Shown here piece by piece: positions 1-9,150 of a stretch of DNA of 32,000 nucleotides. This DNA is from Candidatus Brocadia sp. WS118 (GTDB lineage Bacteria > Planctomycetota > Brocadiia > Brocadiales > Brocadiaceae), in the NCBI GenBank assembly GCA_007618135.1, contig PHFX01000170.1, positions 516 to 32,515 on the forward strand, given 5' to 3'. Under the pieces are notes generated by a model, which was not told the DNA's origin, did not search any database, and worked only from the letters and a program-made list of their open reading frames with translations. The position numbers and the translations under genes were made by a program. Each line of letters starts with the position of its first letter. Position 1 is the first letter of the stretch.

Positions 1-37
1 ATTTTCTTTTTGTTTATTTTCTTTTTTGTATTTGTCA

Positions 38-805
38 TTACAGAAACTCCTTTCCTAAAGTGCAAGATTTATTATTAATTTCGTGCATTTCATGAGTTAT
101 ATCAGGGATGAGCATCTTTAAGGTCTCTTTTGCCGCAAATTGCTCTGCTTCTTTCTTGCTTTTGCCCCATCCTCTGCCATATTCATTGCCTTTTATTAAC
201 ACGCTTACTTCAAATAATTTCCCGTGATCTGGTCCTACTTGCTGCAATACGCGGTAGACCGGAGTTACACCATGTTCCTTCTGACTATGCTGTTGAAGAA
301 TTGATTTGTAATTCTTCTCGTGTTGATTCTTGCAAACAATATCGATCTCTTTCTTTAAATACTTTACGGTAAACGTATAGGCTGCCTCAAGACCGCCATC
401 GAGATAGATTGCTGCAATAACAGCTTCAAATACATTTGCAAGTAAAGATTTTGGGAGAAAATTCCGATCATTTAAACCTCTTCCCACCGTAAGAAAATCT
501 TTTAAATGTGCTTCCAAGCTTACTTTGGCAAGCGTTGTTTGACTTACCACCACGGATTTTATTTTTGTTAATTCGCCCTCGCTATAATGAGGTAGTGTCT
601 TATAGAGATAGTCAGAAATAATCATTCCCAATACGGCATCGCCCAAAAATTCTAGTCGCTCATTGGAAAAATTATTTTCCAATTTACAGGAAGTATGGGT
701 AAGCGCCTTTTCAAGCACCCCGGTATTGTTGAAAAAATAACCTATTATGAATTGACACTCACTAAGTTTTTCCGGATTTATGTGACTATTCGTTTGGAGT
801 ATCAT
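38..805 (-). CDS. rnc: Ribonuclease III
   Basis: 255-aa ORF. It has the RNase III signature ERLEFLGDAVLG, the catalytic-domain motif FEAVIAAIYLDGG, and a C-terminal dsRNA-binding domain (GPDHGKLFEV...GKSKKEAEQFAAKETL). Confidence 0.93.
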   Translation of the reverse strand: MILQTNSHINPEKLSECQFIIGYFFNNTGVLEKALTHTSCKLENNFSNERLEFLGDAVLGMIISDYLYKTLPHYSEGELTKIKSVVVSQTTLAKVSLEAHLKDFLTVGRGLNDRNFLPKSLLANVFEAVIAAIYLDGGLEAAYTFTVKYLKKEIDIVCKNQHEKNYKSILQQHSQKEHGVTPVYRVLQQVGPDHGKLFEVSVLIKGNEYGRGWGKSKKEAEQFAAKETLKMLIPDITHEMHEINNKSCTLGKEFL

Positions 806-1322
806 TTTTTTGGAACTTTTTTTCCTTAAACAGCATCGATTCTTCTATAGCAGTGTACTGGGTTGCAGCATCAATAAGCTCAACGGCTGTGCTGCGTCTA
901 AATGAGACAACCTCTACCCTGCATCCATGTGCTTTTAGCATTTCAACAAGAGGTGCAAAGTCTCCGTCTCCGCTTACTAATACGACAGTATCTAATTTTG
1001 GCGCAATTGCAATTGAGTCAATAGCAATACCCATGTCCCAATCCCCTTTTGCTGTTCCATCCGGTCTTAGCCGAAGCTCCTTCGATTTGATTTCATATCC
1101 TAGCCGACTTAAGGCATCGGTGAAGCTTGATTGATCCACGTCGGGTTTTTGTACAACATACGCAATTGCGCGAATGAGATTTCTATCACCTACGATTTCT
1201 AATAAAAGCTTGCTATAGTCGATCTTCGATTGGTGCAACGCCTTTGCTGAATAAAACATATTTTGGACATCAACAAATATTCCAATCCTTTGTTGGGATC
1301 CTTTGATTCGTCCACCTACCAT
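786..1322 (-). CDS. NYN / LabA-like (DUF88) domain protein, putative ribonuclease
   Basis: 178-aa ORF. The pattern IGIFVDVQNMFY ... VVLVSGDGDFAPLVEMLKAHGCRVEVVSF is typical of the NYN/LabA family. An AGGAAG Shine-Dalgarno sequence lies upstream of the ATG. The 3' end overlaps the rnc start by 20 nt. Confidence 0.8.
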   Translation of the reverse strand: MVGGRIKGSQQRIGIFVDVQNMFYSAKALHQSKIDYSKLLLEIVGDRNLIRAIAYVVQKPDVDQSSFTDALSRLGYEIKSKELRLRPDGTAKGDWDMGIAIDSIAIAPKLDTVVLVSGDGDFAPLVEMLKAHGCRVEVVSFRRSTAVELIDAATQYTAIEESMLFKEKKFQKNDTPNE

Positions 1323-1599
1323 GTATATCTTCCTTTCTAATAAAGACTTAATACATTGAAGAATACATAATAATATAAGTACCTAACTTATTAAAGAATG
1401 TTGATCATAGAAAACAACGAAAAAAAATAGGTAGGTTAAGTAAAATAATATAGGTTCAAAGAGCAGAAGATAGCTATGACAAATTTCGTCATAACATACC
1501 TTTTTACAAAATATTATGGCAATAGCTATACAATTTCAACGTTTTATTGTAACAACCTTTTATTGACAGTCAATAAAAAACTGAAATAACTTAATTTTA

Positions 1600-1628
1600 T
1601 TGACTCTTGCCGTGAATTCTGATAGATT
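1600..1628 (+). promoter_or_regulatory. Candidate sigma-70 promoter for the pheA-tpiA-secG unit (TTGACT-17 nt-TAGATT)
   Basis: The hexamers and 17-nt spacer were read directly from an AT-rich divergent intergenic region, about 85 nt upstream of the pheA ATG. There is no experimental support. Confidence 0.3.
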
Positions 1629-1714
1629 TACCGAATTAATGAGTAAATATAAATGCTTTGTTTGCAATAACTAAAAATAAAATAAGAAATAACAGGAATT
1701 AACTGAAATTTGCT

Positions 1715-2797
1715 ATGGATATAGCCCAATTAAGGAAGGAAATTGATAAATTGGATTCAAAAATCGTAGCTCTGCTAAACGAAAGGGCTAAAATAGTTTT
1801 AAAGATAGGTGAGATAAAAAAACAAAACCGTGCTCAGGTATATGTTCCAAACCGGGAACGTGAAGTTTACTTGCAGATTACATCGCAAAATAAAGGCCCT
1901 TTAACGAACGATTGTTTAATAGCAATATATCGTGAGTTAATGGCTGGTTCACTAGTATTAGAAAAGGCTATTAAAGTATCATATCTTGGTCCTAAGGGCA
2001 CTTTTAGTTATTTCGCTGCCAAACAAAAATTTGGTTCATCGGTTGAATATGTTCCGGTAAGAGGGATTGATGATGTTTTTCGGGATGTGGCGGCAGGGAG
2101 AAGTGATTATGGAATTGTACCGGTTGAGAATTCTACAGAGGGGGGCATTCGGGAAACTCTAAACATGTTTGTAGAGTGTGATGTCAAAGTCTGTGCCGAG
2201 ATTATTTTCCCAATTCATCATAATTTAATGGCAAACTGTAAAAAGGAAGAGATTAAAAAGGTTTACTCTAAATCACAGATTTTGTCTCAATGCAGAAATT
2301 GGTTGGCAGGCAATATTCCCCATGCAGAGCTGATAGAAGTCAGTAGCAGTGCTGAGGCTGCCCGTATTTTTGAAACGACGTTAAAGTCGGTAAAAGAAGG
2401 GCACTATTGCGCGATAATTGCTAACGCCGAAATAGCACAACAGTATGGATTCAACATCCTGTTTAGAAATATTGAAGACAATCCAAATAATGTAACACGG
2501 TTTTTTGTTTTAAGCAAGGAATACGGTGCGCCGGGTGAAAAGGACAGGACGGCGGTGATGTGCTATACCAAAAATCGTCCAGGGGCGTTATTGGAAATAC
2601 TAGAACCTTTTAGAAACTACAATATTAATCTTACCAATATTGAATCGTTACCTACCCGGAAAAAGGCGTGGGAATATTGCTTTTATCTTGATTTTGAAGG
2701 ACATGTGGCAAATGAATCTGTGCAAAAGGCGCTTGACGAAGTTTTCAAAAAGTGTTCAGATATGAAGATATTAGGATCATTTCCAAAGTGTGATTAA
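1715..2797 (+). CDS. pheA: Bifunctional chorismate mutase / prephenate dehydratase (P-protein)
   Basis: 360 aa. The N-terminal region is a CM_2-like helix (LRKEIDKLDSKIVALLNERAKIV). The prephenate dehydratase core follows (VSYLGPKGTFSYFAA, NVTRFFVL). The C-terminus is an ACT domain with an ESLPTR motif (the ESRP equivalent). Confidence 0.9.
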   Translation: MDIAQLRKEIDKLDSKIVALLNERAKIVLKIGEIKKQNRAQVYVPNREREVYLQITSQNKGPLTNDCLIAIYRELMAGSLVLEKAIKVSYLGPKGTFSYFAAKQKFGSSVEYVPVRGIDDVFRDVAAGRSDYGIVPVENSTEGGIRETLNMFVECDVKVCAEIIFPIHHNLMANCKKEEIKKVYSKSQILSQCRNWLAGNIPHAELIEVSSSAEAARIFETTLKSVKEGHYCAIIANAEIAQQYGFNILFRNIEDNPNNVTRFFVLSKEYGAPGEKDRTAVMCYTKNRPGALLEILEPFRNYNINLTNIESLPTRKKAWEYCFYLDFEGHVANESVQKALDEVFKKCSDMKILGSFPKCD

Positions 2798-2817
2798 AGA
2801 GATAATATCCTGAGATA

Positions 2818-3582
2818 ATGATGAAAAAGCCTTTTATCGTGGGGAATTGGAAGATGAATCTCACCCTGAAGCAAGGAGTAGAATTTGCCGGCTTATTGAA
2901 AAACAGCTTGTATGGAAAACGTGAGATAATTTGTGGGATTTGTCCGCCCTTTGTCTTTCTCAAAGAGATTTGTAAAATACTGGAAGACTGCAATGTCTGT
3001 GTGGCTGCGCAGAATATTCATAGTGAAAGAAATGGTGCGTATACCGGAGAAATTTCCGCTCTGATGGTAAAAGAAGTCGGTTGTACTCATGTGTTGATAG
3101 GTCATTCTGAACGGAGACATATCTTTCATGAAACCGATTCCTTTATCAATGCTAAAATAAAGATGGCATTGTCTGTCACTTTAAAACCAATTTTTTGTAT
3201 CGGAGAAACATTAGAGGAAAGAGAGTCTGGAAGAACAAAAGAGGTAATTCAAAATCAATTAAAAGGAGGTTTGCACGATATTCGTGCCGACCGATTAAAA
3301 GAACTGGTGATTGCTTATGAGCCGGTATGGGCAATTGGTACGGGAAAAACTGCCTTGCCCGGGCAGGCCAATGAAGTTCATGCGTTTATCAGAAACACCG
3401 TAGCGGATGCGTACGGCAAAGATTTCGCTACGAGCTTATATATTCAATACGGTGGGAGCGTAAAACCAGAGAATGCAAAGGAGTTAATGGCCCAGCCGGA
3501 GATTGACGGACTTCTGGTGGGCGGTGCAAGTATTACTTTTGAATCGTTTTTAAAAATTATTGAGGCGGTGTCAAAGGATTAA
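2818..3582 (+). CDS. tpiA: Triosephosphate isomerase
   Basis: 254 aa with the motifs FIVGNWKMN, IGHSERR, AYEPVWAIGTGKTA and YGGSVKPENA. Confidence 0.95.
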   Translation: MMKKPFIVGNWKMNLTLKQGVEFAGLLKNSLYGKREIICGICPPFVFLKEICKILEDCNVCVAAQNIHSERNGAYTGEISALMVKEVGCTHVLIGHSERRHIFHETDSFINAKIKMALSVTLKPIFCIGETLEERESGRTKEVIQNQLKGGLHDIRADRLKELVIAYEPVWAIGTGKTALPGQANEVHAFIRNTVADAYGKDFATSLYIQYGGSVKPENAKELMAQPEIDGLLVGGASITFESFLKIIEAVSKD

Positions 3583-3619
3583 TTATTTTGATAACAGTTT
3601 TTTCATATTGGAGAGTTAG

Positions 3620-4216
3620 ATGGTGAAGGCTGAAAAGGCATTTAAATGGGGAATTGCAATTATTGTTATCTTTGGGATATTAAATGCATTCTATTTTTTT
3701 AATTTAATTATTGCATTCAAGATTGTGTTGCCGATATTATGCGTGTTCATGATCGGGTCTATCTTATTACAATCAGGAAAAGGGGGAGGATTGGCGGCAA
3801 TTGGTGGCTTGGGAGACCAGTCTGCCTTTGGTACAAGAACAAGTACCTTTTTAACGAAAGTTACCTACCTTATCGGCGCTGCATTTATTGTTGCCACCGT
3901 TTTTTTGTTTAAGCTGTCCATCTCTACAACCATGATGCATACAATGGTTCCTCAGGAAGTTTCTGAAGTGCCGCACACGCATGATCATCCTGTGCCTGAA
4001 GCGCAGCATGTACACGGCGATAATTGTTCTCATCCAGAGGAGAAAGAGGGTAGTCCCACCAATATTGGAATGCAGGAGGTTGAGGAAAAACCATCAAACA
4101 GCGCGATACAGGAAAGTTCTCCTCAAACAGACGTGAAGGGTACGGCACCGCAGGAGAAACCAGTGGGTATGAATCCTGTTCAGAAAGAAGAAAAAGCGTC
4201 AGAGAGCACAAAGTAG
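3620..4216 (+). CDS. secG: Preprotein translocase subunit SecG with a ~100-aa C-terminal extension
   Basis: The first ~100 aa have the SecG architecture: TM1, then LLQSGKGGGLAAIGG...AFGTR, then TM2. GGAGAG lies 5-10 nt upstream of the ATG. The C-terminal half is a low-complexity tail rich in His, Glu and Pro. Confidence 0.8.
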   Translation: MVKAEKAFKWGIAIIVIFGILNAFYFFNLIIAFKIVLPILCVFMIGSILLQSGKGGGLAAIGGLGDQSAFGTRTSTFLTKVTYLIGAAFIVATVFLFKLSISTTMMHTMVPQEVSEVPHTHDHPVPEAQHVHGDNCSHPEEKEGSPTNIGMQEVEEKPSNSAIQESSPQTDVKGTAPQEKPVGMNPVQKEEKASESTK

Positions 4217-4293
4217 TCCTTGAGCGAAATGGATAAACAAGCGGATAAAAATTGAGATAAATAGTTAAACAACGCACAGATTTGGTGACTTTG

Positions 4294-5178
4294 ATGCTCA
4301 AGAGCATGACAGGATTTGGCATTGCAGAATATAAGGATACGGAACGTACACTTCGTGTGGAATTGCGTTCGGTCAATAACCGGTTCTTAAAGATAGATTC
4401 GCGGTTGCCGGATATTTTGCAGGCATTTGAGAGTAAGATTGAACACTCAATTAGGGAAAAAATCAACCGGGGTACCGTTCTTTTAAATGTAAGCTATCAA
4501 TCGCTTCTTCAGGAATCTGAGTATGTCTTGAATTACGATAGGTTAAAAGAGTATTTTCGCCTGTTAAGCGATGTTAAAAAAGAGATTGGCTCCAGGGAGA
4601 AAATATCAGTAAATACCCTGACCATGCTTCCTGGGGTACTGCAAAAAAGTAAAAATAACCATGAAGCTGCTGACGTCCTGTTATCCATATGTGTTTCTCT
4701 GGTAGACGAAGCCCTCATGAAGATGCTGCAGATGAGGGAGATAGAAGGCAAACATCTGAGAGAAGATATCGAACAGAGAAAAACTGGCATTCTTGCAATG
4801 CTTGATAAGATTGAGATGCGGGCGCCGGTAGTAGTCCAGGAATATAGCAAGCGGTTACAATGCAGGGTTGCCTCACTCTTAGCCGGAACGAATATAGAAT
4901 TAACCGACAGCAACCTTTGCCGTGAAATTGCCCTCTTTGCGGAACGATCTGATATCAGTGAAGAGATAAGTCGTCTGAAGAGCCATTTACATCAACTGCA
5001 AGAAACGATTTACCTGAATGAACCAGTAGGGAGAAAGCTCGACTTTATTGTCCAAGAGATGTTCCGTGAAACGAATACCATGTGCTCAAAGGCAAATGAT
5101 AGTATTATGTTGAAGGATTTGGTGGATGTAAAAACGGAGATCGAAAAAATTCGAGAACAGATATTTAACATTGAATAG
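4294..5178 (+). CDS. yicC: YicC-family stress-induced protein (YicC_N + DUF1732)
   Basis: The N-terminus MLKSMTGFG is canonical for YicC. The C-terminal motifs SDISEEISRLKSHL and REMFRETNTMCSKAND are also typical. The ORF track begins at TTG 4282. I prefer ATG 4294. Confidence 0.85.
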   Translation: MLKSMTGFGIAEYKDTERTLRVELRSVNNRFLKIDSRLPDILQAFESKIEHSIREKINRGTVLLNVSYQSLLQESEYVLNYDRLKEYFRLLSDVKKEIGSREKISVNTLTMLPGVLQKSKNNHEAADVLLSICVSLVDEALMKMLQMREIEGKHLREDIEQRKTGILAMLDKIEMRAPVVVQEYSKRLQCRVASLLAGTNIELTDSNLCREIALFAERSDISEEISRLKSHLHQLQETIYLNEPVGRKLDFIVQEMFRETNTMCSKANDSIMLKDLVDVKTEIEKIREQIFNIE

Positions 5179-5218
5179 AGGGTATGAATTACTTCGTTTT
5201 TTTAGAGTGCCGGGAGCT

Positions 5219-5764
5219 ATGGGGAAGTTGGTAATTATTTCAGGGCCGTCAGGATCTGGCAAGACAACGGTTTGTAAACTGCTCGAAAAAGACCCTCATG
5301 TGAAGAAATCAATATCGGTTACTACGCGCTTACCCAGGTACAATGAGAAAACCGGAGAAGCATACCATTTTGTATCAACTCGTGAATTTGAAGAGATGAT
5401 CAGGAGTGGTGAACTTGCAGAATATGCTGAATATTGCGGATATTTTTATGGAACCCCGGTGAAGGCATTAAAAGAGGCGCTTATGAAAGAGGGCTTCTTT
5501 TTACTCGAAATCGAGGTGCAGGGGGCATTACAAATTATGGAAAAATTCCCGGAAACCATATCGATTTTTTTACTGCCTCCTGACAAAAAAACATTGGGCC
5601 GGCGGCTGGCGCAAAGAAAAACCAATAAAGGGCAGGATTTGGAACTTCGCTTAAAAGTTGCTGATAAAGAATTGGAATACAAAGACCGGTATAACCACTG
5701 TGTCGTGAATGACGATCTGGCGGTAACGGTAAGTACGATCCGTAAAATACTCAACCTGGCGTAA
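5219..5764 (+). CDS. gmk: Guanylate kinase
   Basis: P-loop ISGPSGSGKTT and TTRLPR, with the YFYGTP region. The track start at TTG 5171 adds 16 unconserved residues. ATG 5219 is preceded by GGGAG. Confidence 0.92.
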   Translation: MGKLVIISGPSGSGKTTVCKLLEKDPHVKKSISVTTRLPRYNEKTGEAYHFVSTREFEEMIRSGELAEYAEYCGYFYGTPVKALKEALMKEGFFLLEIEVQGALQIMEKFPETISIFLLPPDKKTLGRRLAQRKTNKGQDLELRLKVADKELEYKDRYNHCVVNDDLAVTVSTIRKILNLA

Positions 5765-5766
5765 TC

Positions 5767-6318
5767 ATGTCCTACCATATTGTTTTGGGAGTTACGGGAA
5801 GCATCGCTGCATACAAGGCTGTTGAGATTGTGTCATGTCTTAAAAGACAAGGAAATCGTGTTCTGGTGATCATGACATCTGCAGCCCAACGCTTTGTTGA
5901 TCCTGTGACCTTCCGTTCTATTTCTCAAAATCAGGTCGTAACCGATCTTTTTGTTGACAACGAGAATTACGATCCCAATCATATATCTCTGGCAGAACAG
6001 GCCGATTTGATGGTGGTTGCTCCCGCTACGGCTAATTTTATCGGCAAGGTTGCCTCGGGTATCGCCGATGATGCGTTGACTTGCACGGTTATGGCAGCAC
6101 AATCACCGGTTATTATTGCCCCGGCAATGAATGATAGTATGTATTTAAATCCCATCGTACAGGAAAATATAAAGAAGTTAGCACATCGTGGGTACAAGAT
6201 TATTGAACCTGAACAGGGCAGGTTGTGTACGGGACGGATTGGGATAGGGAGATTACCAGCTGTTGAGAAGATTGTCAGGGTAATTGAAGAAGAGCTCAAC
6301 AAGAAAAGGAAGGGATGA
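5767..6318 (+). CDS. coaC: Phosphopantothenoylcysteine decarboxylase-type flavoprotein (CoaC domain only)
   Basis: 183 aa with [41 protein letters not shown] and [13 protein letters not shown]. These match the N-terminal half of CoaBC/Dfp. No CoaB (synthetase) half follows. Confidence 0.8.
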   Translation: MSYHIVLGVTGSIAAYKAVEIVSCLKRQGNRVLVIMTSAAQRFVDPVTFRSISQNQVVTDLFVDNENYDPNHISLAEQADLMVVAPATANFIGKVASGIADDALTCTVMAAQSPVIIAPAMNDSMYLNPIVQENIKKLAHRGYKIIEPEQGRLCTGRIGIGRLPAVEKIVRVIEEELNKKRKG

Positions 6319-6764
6319 ATACGTTAAAGATAAAGGTAATGAGAAAGCCGGGATGTGAGGATTTACCTTTACCCCGATATATGAGTGAAGCGGCAAGCGG
6401 TATGGATTTATATGCAGCGGTGGACACATCGGTTTTGATGGAACGCAGTGAAATTAAACTGATTCCTACCGGTATCCATATTGAGTTGCCTCGGGGATAT
6501 GAGGCGCAGGTGAGGCCAAGAAGCGGCCTGGCGCTGAAACATGGCTTGACGCTCGTAAACACTCCCGGTACCATTGATAGCGACTATCGTGGAGAGATTG
6601 GGATTATTCTCTGCAATCTTGGGAAAGATACGTTTACGGTTGAACGGGGGATGCGGATTGCACAACTCGTGATTCAACCGGTAACCAGAGCAGAATTAAT
6701 CGAAGTTGAACGTCTGGGAGAATCTCCGCGCGGGATAGGTGGTTTTGGTCACACAGGACATTAA
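6315..6764 (+). CDS. dut: dUTP diphosphatase
   Basis: 149 aa with [19 protein letters not shown] and [10 protein letters not shown]. It has an ATGA start/stop overlap with coaC. Confidence 0.93.
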   Translation: MNTLKIKVMRKPGCEDLPLPRYMSEAASGMDLYAAVDTSVLMERSEIKLIPTGIHIELPRGYEAQVRPRSGLALKHGLTLVNTPGTIDSDYRGEIGIILCNLGKDTFTVERGMRIAQLVIQPVTRAELIEVERLGESPRGIGGFGHTGH

Positions 6765-6803
6765 ATTGGAATTGAATTCTTTTCCGTACTCAGAAGGAAT
6801 TAT

Positions 6804-9149
6804 ATGGGGATTAAACGTTTCGTACGTGGTGTTACCGCAGTTATCCTTATAGCCTTCGCATTATTTCTCCTGTTAAGTTTCATCAGCTATTCTTCCAACG
6901 ATCCTCCCTTTGCAGATTATCCGATGAACAATCCAGTGCATAATTTTTGTGGGCCTGCGGGTGCACAGGTTGCTGCCTACGCTTTAGCAGGCATGGGAAG
7001 AACTTCCTATCTGATCGTCATCCTGTTGGGTTGGTTGGGGACGCAATATCTTTATAAGGAAAGGATCGAATACCTGTGGGTAAGGGTGATAGGGGCTGTT
7101 CTCTTGCTGTTTTCAATCGCGTCCCTGTTATCCCTTGGGTGTTACTTATTAAAAAAGAATTTTTTATCTGTCAATGTTGGAGGGATTTTTGGAATTGTGA
7201 CGGTCTCGAGGTTACATGAGTATTTTAGTTTAACAGGTACCCTCATTGTTTTGGGATTAGGGCTTGCTATTTCGGTTATGCTCTTGCTTAACGCTACGCC
7301 GATGTCACGATTCATAAAAGTGTCAAAAATGAAAACAGAAGGAGATGGATCGGTTTCTGCACGTGACTCCGAAGCGAGAAATCTTGAGCCTCTTCGTCGT
7401 CTGAAAGATAAGGTGTTTTCTTCTGCAAGCATTTCAGCGAACGATACTCCAGAACACGATACGGAGGCCTATTTTACCGATACTACCGTGGAAACAAAAA
7501 ATGAACGGTACGAATTAAGAGGAGGGGGTAAAAAAAACCAAAAAACGTATGATGGGAAACCCTGTTTGGATGATGAGGAGATGGAAGGGGAAGGGGGAGG
7601 GGGAGGGGGAGGGGGAGATGAAGATAGGTACGATACCATTCCTGCCGAAAAGCAGGAATCTGCTTATAAACTGCCACCGCCGGATCTCCTGGAAAAACCC
7701 GACTTCAAGGGACACGGAGACGACTGGGATCAGATAACCCAGCGCGCCCAGGTGTTAAAGAATACCCTCGAACAGTTTAACGTAAAATCAGAGGTCGTGG
7801 AAATTGAAAGAGGCCCTGTTATTACCATGTACGAATTGGAATTGGCGCCGGGGACAAAGGTTGGCAAGGTTGTGGGTCTTTCAGATGATCTCGCCATTGC
7901 CTTAAAGGCGCCCAGCGTAAGGGTGGTTGCGCCACTCATGGGGAAATCTTCCATTGGTATTGAAGTTCCCAATATCCAGAGGAAAATGGTGATGTTGCGG
8001 GAGTTGCTGGATGCCTCGGAAGAAGTGCGGAAAAAGATGTCTATTCCGCTTTTGATCGGAAAAGACGTTGCGGGAAATCCCGTCATATCGGATTTGGCGG
8101 CTATGCCCCACCTGCTGATTGCGGGGACAACGGGTTCCGGAAAATCGGTTTGTTTGAATTCGGTGATCTTAAGCATCCTCTTCATGCGCCATCCTCATGA
8201 GGTTCAGCTCTTGCTGGTAGACCCGAAAATGGTTGAATTTTCATTATTCCGGGAAATTCCGCATTTAATAAGCCCTGTAGTGACTGACATGAAAAAGGCA
8301 TCAGCCGTACTGGAATGGGCGGTAAATAAAATGGAGGAACGATATGCATTGCTTGCCAGTGTGGGAGTGAAGCATATCAACGGTTATAATAGACTGGGAA
8401 TGCCAGAGATTAAAAGGCGCCTGAACCCTGACGGAGATGCGAATCTTGAAGACGTGCCTTTTTATCTTCCCCATGTGGTTATTGTGGTGGATGAACTGGC
8501 TGATCTGATGATGGTGGCATCCAAAGAGGTGGAAGGATCGGTAATACGCCTGTCACAAAAATCGCGCGCCGTGGGCATCCATCTCATCCTTGCAACACAA
8601 CGGCCTTCGGTCGATGTGATTACCGGCCTCATTAAATCAAATTTACCCTCCCGGATATCGTTTTACGTTGCTTCAAAGGTGGATTCGAGGACGATTCTTG
8701 ATCAAAACGGGGCAGAAAAACTCCTGGGAAGCGGAGATATGTTGTTCTTGCCTCCGGGAACTTCAAAACTGGTGCGCGTCCAGGGAGCGTATGTAAGCGA
8801 TGAAGAGGTAAAGAATGTCGTTGAATATCTCAGAAAATGTGCGGTACCGCAGTTTAGTCCGGAATTAAAGTGCTGGAAAGGCGCTTCAGATCAGGACAAC
8901 AGCGCCAAGGATAATCTGTATGCTGAGGCGGTAAGGATTATCCTCGAGTCGCAAAGAGGATCTGTTTCGCTCTTGCAGAGGAGACTGGAAATTGGATACT
9001 CACGAGCTGCAAAACTCATTGACTTGATGGCAGAAGACGGGATTGTGGGCGAATATAAGGGGAGTCAGGCCAGAGAGGTATTTTTAACCCTGGAAGAATG
9101 GGATGCCCAAATGGCACGAATGAATCAGGAAGAAATGGATAACGTGTAA
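6804..9149 (+). CDS. ftsK: DNA translocase FtsK/SpoIIIE
   Basis: 781 aa. It has N-terminal transmembrane helices, an acidic/Gly linker, a motor domain (Walker A GTTGSGKS, VVIVVDELADLMM, ATQRPSVDVITG), and a C-terminal gamma winged-helix domain (SVSLLQRRLEIGYSRAAKLIDLME). Confidence 0.93.
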   Translation: MGIKRFVRGVTAVILIAFALFLLLSFISYSSNDPPFADYPMNNPVHNFCGPAGAQVAAYALAGMGRTSYLIVILLGWLGTQYLYKERIEYLWVRVIGAVLLLFSIASLLSLGCYLLKKNFLSVNVGGIFGIVTVSRLHEYFSLTGTLIVLGLGLAISVMLLLNATPMSRFIKVSKMKTEGDGSVSARDSEARNLEPLRRLKDKVFSSASISANDTPEHDTEAYFTDTTVETKNERYELRGGGKKNQKTYDGKPCLDDEEMEGEGGGGGGGGDEDRYDTIPAEKQESAYKLPPPDLLEKPDFKGHGDDWDQITQRAQVLKNTLEQFNVKSEVVEIERGPVITMYELELAPGTKVGKVVGLSDDLAIALKAPSVRVVAPLMGKSSIGIEVPNIQRKMVMLRELLDASEEVRKKMSIPLLIGKDVAGNPVISDLAAMPHLLIAGTTGSGKSVCLNSVILSILFMRHPHEVQLLLVDPKMVEFSLFREIPHLISPVVTDMKKASAVLEWAVNKMEERYALLASVGVKHINGYNRLGMPEIKRRLNPDGDANLEDVPFYLPHVVIVVDELADLMMVASKEVEGSVIRLSQKSRAVGIHLILATQRPSVDVITGLIKSNLPSRISFYVASKVDSRTILDQNGAEKLLGSGDMLFLPPGTSKLVRVQGAYVSDEEVKNVVEYLRKCAVPQFSPELKCWKGASDQDNSAKDNLYAEAVRIILESQRGSVSLLQRRLEIGYSRAAKLIDLMAEDGIVGEYKGSQAREVFLTLEEWDAQMARMNQEEMDNV
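7587..7616 (+). repeat. In-frame G-tract microsatellite GGGGAA(GGGGGA)x4 inside the ftsK linker
   Basis: Read directly. There are five G4-5 tracts separated by 1-2 A. They encode the Gly run (G8) within EGEGGGGGGGGDED. Confidence 0.9.
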
Positions 9150-9150
9150 T

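Noticed and set aside
3924-4466. 180-aa minus-strand ORF spanning the secG tail and the yicC start
   Set aside because: It has no recognisable motif or start context. It is antisense to two genes with clear family signatures.
7483-7737. Three short ORFs (64, 66 and 62 aa) with PLPLPLPL, SPSPSP or GEGEGE runs overlapping ftsK
   Set aside because: They are translation artefacts of the (GGGGGA)n repeat in other frames and on the other strand. They lie entirely inside the well-supported ftsK frame.
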